A DNA stretch of 50,645 nt, from positions 62,001 through 112,645 of the forward strand of contig WELA01002573.1 of NCBI GenBank assembly GCA_009602735.1, read 5' to 3'. Source of the DNA: Mesotaenium endlicherianum (lineage: Eukaryota). The position numbers were made by a program, and so were the translations under genes. The notes below the pieces were generated by a model. The model worked only from the letters and a program-made list of their open reading frames with translations. It was not told where the DNA came from and did not search any database. Of the stretch, positions 1-9,965 are shown piece after piece. How positions within the stretch are numbered: the stretch's first letter is position 1; every line of letters starts with the position of its first letter.

Positions 1-170
1 TGCATCACTGATGCTAGTTTACTCGCATTTGACTTACGAGTATTATTCACTGCTAGTGTATTGTCCTTTGCCGTTAAACCAGTTAACGAAAAAATATCAT
101 AAAGATTACTTGCTGATATAAAGATCTTTATTAATTATTAATCGCCTATTTGGTAAGTCGATTCATTTCA
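1..170 (+). repeat. 3' end of the 5' LTR of copy A
   Basis: Near-identical to the end of LTR 7540-8259; ends GATTCATTTCA directly before the PBS. Confidence 0.95.
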
Positions 171-171
171 G

Positions 172-183
172 TGGTATCGGAGC
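172..183 (+). promoter_or_regulatory. Primer binding site, tRNA-iMet type (TGGTATCGGAGC)
   Basis: 1 nt after the LTR CA end; one difference from the plant consensus TGGTATCAGAGC. Confidence 0.9.
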
Positions 184-204
184 AGTTATCACAGTCTTCT
201 TTGT

Positions 205-1683
205 ATGGTAAGGACAAGGTCTCAAACTAGCAACTCCCGAGACATGGAGAACCAGGATAACGAGAATGTCAAAAACCAGGCGGAAAGCCATGTAGCGGGA
301 AACCGTACCTATTCGGAAGCAGTAGCAGATACTGCAGCTAGGGAGGCTGCAGATGAGGCAGCTGCTATTGCCGCAGTTGCAGCTCAACAAGCTGAGGAGG
401 AGAGAGCCAGGCTAGAAGCTGAACAAGTAGCAAAGGCCGCTGAAGATACAGAAAGGAGGGAAAGACAGCCAGCTGACGAGCGCACTGTCGAGGAAATCAT
501 GGCATCAAGGGCCAATGTTTTGAACCCACCTCCTGCTGTACAACTCAATGTACCCCTAGGTCAAATACGTGATCGGCTGAATGCGGCAGGAATTGCTGCT
601 GCAGGAGCGAGAGGGATTGTTGAGGACACTACTCAGCGAGTAGATACCAATGCTGCCGCTGCATTTGCTAATCTACCACCCCAAAGTGTAGACTTGGGAG
701 CTTTGTTCGTTCAGATGCAATCGCAAACGGCGACCATGTATCAGTCCCAAGAGGAGGACAAAAGAATCATAATGTCCCTATTGCAGGACAAAGACCAACT
801 GGGGTCTCACACCACTAGTGGTGGTGGCCGAGGGCCTAGTAAGCCCAAGCCGAAACCTCCCCAGGAATATGATCCTGAGGGGAACTGAAAGTATTACCTG
901 ATCAAGTTTCTCGCGGATGTTGAGCAGTGGCTGGAGAACTACCCAGAACTGCAAGATTACGAGAAGGTCAGGCACACTGGTGCGCTAGTGAAAGGTAGTG
1001 CCGCAGACTGGTGGCTTTACTGGAAGGGGGAGCGTAAGGCTCGGCAACTCGGTGACCCTACGTGGGTAGAGTTTGTCGAGAAGTTGCATGAGAAGTTTGA
1101 TGTCATCAACCAGCAGGAGAAAGCTATCTATGCGATGATCTCCCTGACACTGAAGCAGACCACTTCAGTTGCTGAGTTTGCTCAAAAGTTCCAAGAGAAC
1201 ATGATGAAGCAGCCAGATTTGCCAGAACGGTATAGGATAGCATACTTCAGGTATGGCTTGAAATCCGAGGTCTCTGGTCATTTTGCTGAGAAAAAGTATG
1301 AGAAACTGGCTGACTTGATCCAGGATGCTGACGCCTGGGATCAGCAGCAGTTCAATCACAAGCGCCAGAGTAACGCTTTGGTGTCTAACATTGTCAAGAA
1401 GCCCCACGGTTCCTACAATGCAATTGAAGGAGACCAGGCTGAGGATAATCAGGGTGATGAATATGGGTATGAGTACAATGCTATTCAGTCTAGAGGTAGA
1501 GGTGGTCCCTCTCGAGGTGGCTATGGAAGGGGTGGTGGTAGGACTAAGCCGAGACCAGCCTCAGCAAAATCTACTTGCTACCATTGTCAGCAGAAAGGCC
1601 ACTACAGAGAACAGTGTCCGGTCAAGCACCTGCCTAAGGTCGAGAGAAAAGACCAGCCTTTAAAAGACAGCAACAGTCAGTAA
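205..1683 (+). pseudogene. gag: Gag of copy A, with an in-frame stop at 886-888
   Basis: ORFs 205-888 and 988-1683 share a frame; capsid-like region, RGG-rich tract, CCHC knuckle CYHCQQKGHYREQC. Confidence 0.9.
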
Positions 1684-1706
1684 TCCAGTCTACTGACTGT
1701 GAGGAT
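1659..1706 (+). promoter_or_regulatory. -1 programmed ribosomal frameshift signal (gag-pol)
   Basis: T TTA AAA (1659-1665) in gag phase, 7-nt spacer, perfect 10-bp stem ACAGTCAGTA/TACTGACTGT; pol is in the -1 frame and open across the site. Confidence 0.8.
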
Positions 1707-4700
1707 GCTAGAGATAGTGAGTCGTCACTAGCTGCCCTCGTAGCAGGTATTATGGGTCCTGCTGAACTGGATTCACTATGCATGCCTGACAACCAGATAA
1801 AGGAGACCATCAGCAATATAGACGTCCAGAGAGTGCACACTCTGGATGCTCTTGTTCCACCTGATGTCCAACATTTCTTTGCTACGTCAGGAGAACAATG
1901 CGAAAGTCAGGAAAAGACAGTCCCCCCTATCCTACTGCATTGCATGATTGCAGGTAGGAAGGTGAGGGCATTTGTTGACGGAGGGGCGTCACATACTTTT
2001 ATCCACAAGGACTTAGTTAAGCGGCTAAGGCTGCCTACTGTCACCCAAGGGAATAGAAAAATATTCCTTGGAGATGCCTCAAGTATCCCGGGAGGAGTTA
2101 TAACCAAGCCTATTGAGGTCCAGTTAGGTTCTGGCATTGCAGTTCTAACTGAAACGCTTACATTTGAGGTACTCAACACTGGTTTTTATGATTTTGTGCT
2201 AGGCAAATCCTGGCTTAGTAGACATCAAGCTGAAGTGTGTTGGAGCAGAGGTACAGTTAAAGTGAGAGGAGCCAGTGATCGGCAGACTAACTTGGCACCC
2301 ACCAGTGCTCTTCCTCTTGTCCTGTGTGGTTGGCAAATGAAGGAAAAGAAGAGGCTTCCAGAAGGATGCAAGTTGCTGAATGCAATGGAGTTCGTCAAAA
2401 GCTGGAACCAGAAGGAAGACAGAATGTCCTGTCTGCTGCTAAGAGAGGTACCTCCTCAACCTGAAGAAGTGGTTGAGAAAAAGGTAAGCCCTCCGGAGCA
2501 CCCTACTGCTGCAAAAATTGTTGCTCAGTACACTGATGTATTTAATATGCCTCCAGGACTACCCCCTAAGAGGGAAGTAGATCATAGGATTGATCTATTA
2601 CCTGGGAGTCAGCCACCTTGGCAACGCACTTATGGCTTGTCTTATGTGGAGAGCGAGGAGTTGAAAACACAGATTGCAGAGCTTGAGGAAAATGGTTATA
2701 TTTCTCCCAGTAAATCACCTTACGGCGCACCCATCCTATTTGTTAAGAAAAAGGATGGCAGTATGCGGATGTGTGTGGATTACAGAGCCCTGAACAGAAG
2801 TACAGTAAAGAACAAGTATGCTTTACCCAGGATCGAAGACTTGCTTGATACCCTGTCTGGTGCTAAGGTGTTCAGTAAGATAGATCTCAAGAGTGGTTTT
2901 CATCAAATCAGAATTGCTGAGGGGGATGAACACAAGACCGCCTTCCGTACACGTTATGGACACTATGAGTTCAACGTGATGCCATTTAGACTGACTAATG
3001 CTCCTGCCACCTTCATGGATGCTATGGATGACATTTTCAGACCTTATTTGGATAAGTTTGTGCAAGTTTTCCTGGATGATATTTTAATTTTCTCTAAAGG
3101 TGAAGCTCAGCACGGTGAACACTTAAAGACAGTCCTGGACACTCTAAGAACGAATCACTTATATGCTAAGATGAGCAAGTGTGATTTCTTTAAGGAAAGT
3201 ATTGAATTCTTAGGCCACGTTGTCAGTAAAGAGGGCATCAGTGTGGATCCTAAGAAAGTCCAGACCATAAGGGACTGGCCAGTACCACAGTCTGTCTCTG
3301 AAGTTGGATTCTTCCTCGGGTTGGCTAACTAATATAGGAGATTTATTGAGAATTATTCCACAAAGGCCAGTAAACTGACTGACCTTACTAAGAAAGACAT
3401 CGGGTATGTGTGGGGGGAAGAGCAGCAGGCTGCCTTCCAGACCCTTAAAGATGCCCTTTGTTCTGCCCCAGTGCTAGCCGTGTATGACCCCAGCAAACCG
3501 GTGCAGGTGGTTACTGATGCCTCTGATTTTGCCATGGGTGCTATTTTGTTGCAGCCTGCTGACAAAACCACAAAGGATGGTAAGGTACGGCAGGAGTGGC
3601 ATCCTGTGTTGTATGAGTCTATGAAATTTAATCCAGCGGAGATTAATTACTCAGTGCATGATAAAGAGCTGCTAGCTATCATTCATGTACTCAAACAGTG
3701 GAGAGCATACTTACATGGTAAAGCTTTTAAGGTGATTACAGATCATCTAGCTCTGACCCACTTTCAGAAGAAGTCCAAGCTGTCGAGGAGGGAGAACCGC
3801 TGGAGCCAGATGCTGGAGCAGTTCCAAGTCCAGATCGACTACAAACCAGGGAAGTTGAATCCTGTTGATGCACTCTCTAGAAGACCTGAGTTGTAAGAAA
3901 GGAACTTTAGTCAGCATGCTGTAGATAAGTCCTGTGTGCACTCACTTCACTAAAGGTGAAAAAGTCCTTCCTAGAACAACTTAGGAAAGCCTACGTTTCT
4001 GACCCAACATTTGAGCCCAGCCCCACTACTGGTGTGTGTCGTGCTACTGCACTCGGGTATAAGCTTAAGGGAGGGATCTGGGTGACTGAAACCACTTCAG
4101 GCAGGCTGAAGCTGGTCATTCCTAATAACTTGGAAATAAGGTCTCTCTTACTGAGTCAAGCGCATGACAGTCTCCTGGGTGGACATTTGAGGCAAGCCAA
4201 AACTGTTGGCAAATTGGCAAAACATTATCAATGGGAGGGGTTACCCCGGGAGGTCTTGAAATATGTCAAGTCCTGTGACCAGTGTCAGAGAAATAAGTCT
4301 CGGCACACACCACCTGGAGGTCTCTTGCGACCACTGCCCATCCCAGCTGGACGCTGGGAAACTATATCCATGGACTGGGTGGTCTCACTACCAAGAATTG
4401 CCAATGGGCATGATTCAATACTGGTAGTNNNNNNNNNNNNNNNNNNTGACAATAATGGTCATTTTTATCCCCACCACTGTCAAAGTGACTGCACTCGAAA
4501 CAGCGAGACAGTTTTACAACCATGTAGTATGCCAACATGGGCTCCCTTCTAATATCATCTCAGACAGAGACTCAAAATTCACCTCTAAGTTCTGGAGAGC
4601 TTTAATGGGGTTAATGGGAGTCAAACAGCTGCTCAGCACAGCAAACCACCCTCAGACTGATGGGCAGACTGAAAGAACTAACCGAGTTCTGCAGGAGGTG

Positions 4701-5489
4701 CTGAGAGCATATATTAACCAAAAACAAGATAATTGGGATGACCTGTTGCCTCAAATTCAGTTTGCGGTCAACAGTGCGGTGCACGCGTCAACGGGCAAGA
4801 CTCCTTTTGAACTCAGCCTGGGTAGAGTCCCTAAGTCTCCTTTAGGTGTACTGGGGGAGTATTTGACTGACCCGGAAGGGATTCACAACCTGGTCTCCCT
4901 CCAGTTAACTCAGGAGTTTGCTGACACCCTGTCAGAAGTCCAACAAAACCTGCACAAAGCCCAAGAAAACCAACAAAAATACGCTAATCAACACCGTCGG
5001 GAACTGACATTTTCCAAGGGGGATTTAGTCAAACTGCATTCTCAGCACCTGTACCTCCCTGGTGTGGTCAAGAAGAAGCTTGGCCCTGTCTGGGTCGGTC
5101 CATATTCGGTGGTCCGTCGTGTCGGTCAGAATGCTTACAAACTGAACATGTCAGCTGACTACAAGGGTCACTCGATCTTTAATGTCTCCTTTCTGGAACC
5201 ATACATCAAAGGTGATACACTGTTCACAGGTCGGTTACCTGTCCAACCGGGACCGGTCCCCGCTGTCCGGGACGGCGATCCTGAGGAGTATGAGGTCGAT
5301 GAGATTTTAGACGCTCGCTCGGTCCGTCGATCGTCTAAATATGTCATGAAGTACCTCATCCAATGGAAGGGTTACGATGCCTCTGGGGACACTTGGGAAT
5401 TTAATGATCAGCTGACCCATGCCAAAGGGGCGTTGAAACGGTTCACCTTCGGGCGACTGGGGCACCTCCCTAACAGTCATTTCCGTTGA
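1660..5489 (+). pseudogene. pol: Pol of copy A: protease, RT, RNase H, integrase, chromodomain (disrupted)
   Basis: [72 protein letters not shown]; stops at 3330-3332 and 3894-3896; N gap 4429-4446. Confidence 0.95.
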
Positions 5490-5499
5490 CACGGGAAGG

Positions 5500-5595
5500 T
5501 GACAGGAGGTCCTGTCTCCATATAAGTTGGAGGGAGATGTGACAGTTAGTGACAGTTGTGACAGGCAGCCCACCTTTAATTTTAAGTTGGAGGGA
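5500..5595 (+). promoter_or_regulatory. Conserved internal module after pol: hairpin, two PPT-like copies, TGACAG repeats
   Basis: GACAGG-AGGT-CCTGTC at 5501-5516; TAAGTTGGAGGGA at 5523 and 5583; TGACAG at 5500, 5540, 5550, 5559; homologues at 35632-35736 and 46083-46197 (-). Confidence 0.55.
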
Positions 5596-5797
5596 GTGGT
5601 AGTCTCTGATCACCATATTACCCACTCAACCTGCGCTCACACTCACTTGCTCTCCAACTCAATTTTTCCTTATATTCGCTCACACCAGGTATTCCACTCT
5701 AGGAACTCTCCCGATCGCGTCCCTCTTCATCAAGGGCACTCAGTAGCGGCAAAATATCATGACTTCACTAACTGCATTGTGTTTATGATTGAGCAGG

Positions 5798-7454
5798 ATG
5801 ACTCAAAAGTCGGAACTCAAGAGGAAGAGAAGGGCGGAAGAGGCACATGCAGAATACTTGCAATTCCGTGGAGACATCGAATCATCTTCCATCTCCGCTC
5901 GGGAATCACAACGACTCCAACAACAGCGGGAGGCACAGAAGAAGAAGGAGGAGGAGGAACAGGCCAGACTGAGGCAGGAAGAACTGGACAGAAAAGCTGC
6001 AGAGGAGGCCAAGAAAGCAGAGGAGGAGAGGCAAGCTGAGGAGAAGCGGAAGCAGCAGGCTAAAGAAGAAGAACAGAGGAGAATCAGCAGCTACCGCTAC
6101 ACGGTGCTGGGCAAGGGCTTTGATCTACTGGAGGAGGCCTTCAAGTATGCCCAGAGAAGTCGCAGTGAGTCGCAGAAGGAAATCCTCCAAAAGGAAGGGG
6201 AGACATCCGAAAACTTTGACAAGTATATAGAGGTCGGCACAGGGCTCCTCCTCTACCATGATTACGCCAGGATGGTAGGATATACCATCGGAGAGGCCAA
6301 GGCAATGGCCCAGGTGAACGAAGCAGGAGCTGTCTCGATTCCTGGTATCTGGGGGGCAGATAGGGTCATCAGGATGATCCCCATGGACGCGGACAGCTTC
6401 AAGGACTCAACACCCCACAACAGGTTTAAGGCCATGTATAATGAGGTGGAGAGAATTCTTGGCCAGAGAAACCAGTCAGCTGGACTTTGCAGGGCACTGG
6501 TACCCTTGTACTCTCAAAAAGACAGACGCTGCCTTCTTCCAAAAGCCCACTGATTGGCGGTGGATGACCATCAACATGAGGGACCAGCAGAATGACAGGG
6601 CGACGGATGAGGATTTCCTGACAGACCTAAACGGGAACATAGTATTGCCCCCTCACATTGCGGCTTGGGACCCAAGATTGGATGGAGTCAGAGACTGCAT
6701 GAGCCAAGAGATGCAGGGGGACAGAAGCAGGGCCCGAGAGTCATTCTCCAAAGGGAAGCACGCTTATGCCAAATGGGCAAGTAAGCAGGGGGAAAAGGAC
6801 CTCTATGCGGTCCGGACTCAGCAGCCCCCACCAGCACCCAAAAGGGGAAGGTCAGTAGAATATTCTTTTTCTCGGGAAGAGCTGGAGCAGCGGACAAAGG
6901 AGACCCCAAAAGTCTCAGAGGAACCCGGGGACGGCGAGGAGGCGGATTTGGAGGAAGACGAGGAGGAAGGCGAGGAGGAGGACACTAGCCCCGCCGTGAT
7001 CCTGACACCTGCCACATCCCCTGTAAGGGAGAAGACGGGGTGGGCCCCGCCGCGACTCGCTCAAGAGGAGGATATCACTTGGCTGGGGACTGCCAAAGGA
7101 CAGACCCCATCTCCAGGCAAGGAGACCCAGTCGGACAGGGCAGACAGGAGGGCTGCTCGGGAGATAGCCAGAGGCCTGCCAGCATCTCCCTCGCAGAGAG
7201 GGCATGTACCCTTGGCTCATGTCATGCAACATCCTTCCGGGATGCCGGTATACGTACCTGTCAGTTTGAGGGCTGCCCAGGAGAAGGCTGCCTCCCTTCA
7301 GTTTCAGACTGTGCAGGATGAAACAGCCCAGTTACTGCGTTCTCCGCCGGGTCCTTACACGGAACCCCCTTCTCTGACAGGCTTCAGAAGACCCCAAGAT
7401 AAGATGAGGTCAGGCTCCCCTGAGCATAGGGCCTCAGGGACATCTCCCTCCTAA
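5798..7454 (+). pseudogene. Extra ORF3 (~555 aa restored) of unknown function: basic/coiled-coil N-terminus, aromatic-rich core, acidic tract
   Basis: ORFs 5789-6553 and 6441-7454 join if the 11 nt present in copy C (NEVERRSWEFLARET) are restored near 6453; homologues in C and E. Confidence 0.85.
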
Positions 7455-7525
7455 GAGCAGCAGGCTGGGGATAAGAGGGACAGCACGCTGTTCTTAGTGA
7501 TAGTGCTGTCAAGGCGACAACATGA

Positions 7526-7538
7526 TAAGTTGGAGGGA
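7526..7538 (+). promoter_or_regulatory. Polypurine tract of copy A
   Basis: TAAGTTGGAGGGA just before the LTR start TGTAATG. Confidence 0.8.
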
Positions 7539-7539
7539 T

Positions 7540-8259
7540 TGTAATGAATCAGTATACTGGTTGATATAATATTCATTTAGATAATATAGTTTAATATGTT
7601 CAGCCTGCTGAACTCTAGTTAACAATCAGTCTGCTGGACTTTATACTTAATATCAGTTTAATGACTTGGCCGGAAGTAGCAGGCTGAGGTCACCTTAAGT
7701 CAGCTTGCTGACACATTCTTTGACAGCCAGCTGACTTTCGTACTCGGTAGCGGCGAACTGCCTCGATATGCATCTAAGTGTGGTATGCTAGATGAATGGC
7801 CAGATGACATCCCTATGATGGATGGCGATTCGGGATGATGGGAGATGGCGGTGAATTTGGTTAACCGAGGTCCTACCAACGTGGTTAACTCCCGGGTAGG
7901 CGGTGCCATCGCACTGACCGTTGAACAGTAAACTCATTCCATGTACATATGCTAGGCATTGCCATCAAGTTCGGCATTTGGAAACGAGGCCAACTCTCTT
8001 GAACAGCTTACTGCGAGAAATCTGAATCCAAGGCGAGAAGCCATTGATACGCACTGTCTTCTAACCTTGCTTATGTATGAGTTTACTGATTTGCATCATT
8101 GATGCTAGTTTACTCGCATTTGACTTACGAGTATTATTCACTGCTAGTGTATTGTCCTTTGCCGTTAAACCAGTTAACGGAAATACCATAAAGATTACTT
8201 GCTGATATAAAGATCTTTATTAATTGTTAATCGCTTATTTGGTAAGTCGATTCATTTCA
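7540..8259 (+). repeat. 3' LTR of copy A (720 bp)
   Basis: TG...CA; imperfect terminal inverted repeat TGTAATGAATC / GATTCATTTCA. Confidence 0.95.
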
Positions 8260-8995
8260 CATGGCTGGTTATGGCTTACAGATTTAGCTAGCAAGCTGCT
8301 TTGGCAAATTACTCGCCTTATCAGACTCTGTTTGGCAGAAGTCCAGTTGTGCCAAGCAACATCAAGCAGGAGACTGAGCAAGTAAAAAACCTGGACAACC
8401 CTGATGAACTGCTAAAGGTTATGGTACGCCGCAAGGCGTTATTTGAGCACATGATGCCTGCTGCCCTGGACAATCTAAAAATTGCGTAGAAAAGAGACAT
8501 GCAGCGTTACGCCAGGACGCGAAATGGGAGCTACCGCTTGCAAATGACGCGATCCAGAAAAGAGACTTCGTCTACCGCAAGCACCAGACCAACACCCCCA
8601 TCAACACCAGTTCGGGTGCAGTGATCTTACGCGTGAAACATGCGTTCGACAATGGTGAATTGGAACTGGAAGGTTCTGATGGTAAGACTATGAGAGATCA
8701 CGTGCAGAACTGCTCGCTGTGCCATTTGCCAAATATTGATCCTACGATTAAGGCTGTGCCCGAGGAATTGGAGCCAGCCACGCCTTGTGCCAGCTGCAAA
8801 GTGCTGGATGATCAAGAAACAATGGTAACTTGCGCTAAGTGTGTGCTCGTTGGCACACCTTCTGCATTGGTGAAGAAGACATTATGGCAGGACGATGGGA
8901 ATGTCCTGACTGCCTTCCTAAAACTCCCAGCCGCAGAGCTAGGAGATAGAAGCTTTCAGCGGCAAGGCAGGGACGCCTCAGCTGAAAAGGAGGGA
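8260..8995 (+). pseudogene. Element H: C-terminal Ty3/gypsy integrase remnant ending in a PHD finger, then PPT
   Basis: YSPYQTLFGRSP and CSLCHLPNIDPTI; CASC..CAKC/RWHTFC..WECPDC across a frameshift (8786-8913); GAAAAGGAGGGA then TGTAAGG. Confidence 0.75.
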
Positions 8996-9087
8996 TGTAA
9001 GGGAAACTGAGGATAAGCTAACTTTTCAAAAATTTACTAAGTGTTGGTAGTGTAGAATGAGGAACTGGTAGAGCATGGGAAGCACTG
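8996..9087 (+). repeat. Start of the 3' LTR of element H (interrupted)
   Basis: TGTAAGGG directly after the purine tract. Confidence 0.55.
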
Positions 9088-9245
9088 AGCAATAAGGCGC
9101 TGACACCTCTAACACAAACATCTCAAAAGCATATGTACAAATCTTCAATTCACACAGTAGTAGTGCAACTAACGCAACCGGCCTAAAATTCAACATCAAG
9201 TATTATACAAGGAGCTCACAGAGGGGCCATGCAACTCTAAGGTGC
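9088..9245 (-). repeat. 158-bp segment abutting the LTR of copy B, repeated at 38474-38631
   Basis: Reverse complement matches 38474-38631 with about 5 substitutions. Confidence 0.9.
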
Positions 9246-9965
9246 TGAAATGAATCGACTTGCCAAATAGGCGATTAACAATTAATTAAGATCTTTATAT
9301 CAGCAAGTAATCTTTATGGTATTTTATGTGAATTGATTAAACAGCAAAGGACAACACACTAGCAGTGGGCAATACTCGCAAGTCAAATGCAAGTAAACTA
9401 GCATCATTAATGCAATCAGTAAACTCATACATAAGCAAGGCTAGAAGACAGTGCGTATCAATGGCTTCTCGCCTTGGATCCAGATATCGCTCAGTAAGCA
9501 GTACAAAAGGTTTGGCCTCATTTTTGAATGCCGAATTTGAGAGCAATACCTAGCATATGTACATGAAATGAGTTTATTGTTCAACGGCCAGTGCGATGGC
9601 ACCGCTCACCCGGGAGTTAACCACGTTGGTAGGACCTCGGTTAACCAAATCCACCGCCATCTCCCATCATCCCGAATTGCCATCCATCCTAAGGATGTCA
9701 TCTGGCCATTCATCAAGCACACCACACTTTGATGCATATCGAGGCAGTTCGCTGCTACCGAGTACGGAAGTCAGCTGGCTGTCAAAGAATATGTCAGCAA
9801 GCTGACCTAAGTTGACTTCAACCTGCTGCTCTCGGCTGAGTCATTAAACTGATTACTTTATAAAACTCTGCAGATTGGATATTAACTAAAGTTCAGAAGG
9901 CTGAACTTATTTAAAATATTATATTTAAATAAATATTATATCAACCAATATACTGATTCATTACA
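9246..9965 (-). repeat. 3' LTR of copy B
   Basis: Reverse complement of the A LTR, TGAAATGAATC...GATTCATTACA. Confidence 0.95.

Larger units (their letters stand above)
1..8259 (+). mobile_element. Ty3/gypsy chromovirus, copy A (5' LTR cut by window edge): gag, pol with chromodomain, extra ORF3, 3' LTR
   Basis: Order LTR-PBS-gag-PR-RT-RH-IN-chromo-ORF3-PPT-LTR; 1-170 matches 8092-8259. Confidence 0.95.

Noticed and set aside
886..888. Programmed readthrough of the TGA inside gag A
   Set aside because: Copy B has no stop at the homologous site (~19400); most simply a point mutation
4429..4446. Frameshift in integrase of A
   Set aside because: Falls in an 18-N gap where copy C has 11 nt; assembly artefact
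5798..7454. ORF3 as an envelope gene
   Set aside because: No hydrophobic signal or transmembrane segment; highly charged
7700..7909. Short ORF repeated at 7700, 9596 and 37943, and 97-109 aa ORFs at 26470 and 31314
   Set aside because: They recur only because they lie inside LTR copies; no independent coding evidence
7845..7930. Self-cleaving ribozyme in the LTR
   Set aside because: No hammerhead (CUGANGA/GAAA), HDV or twister core found
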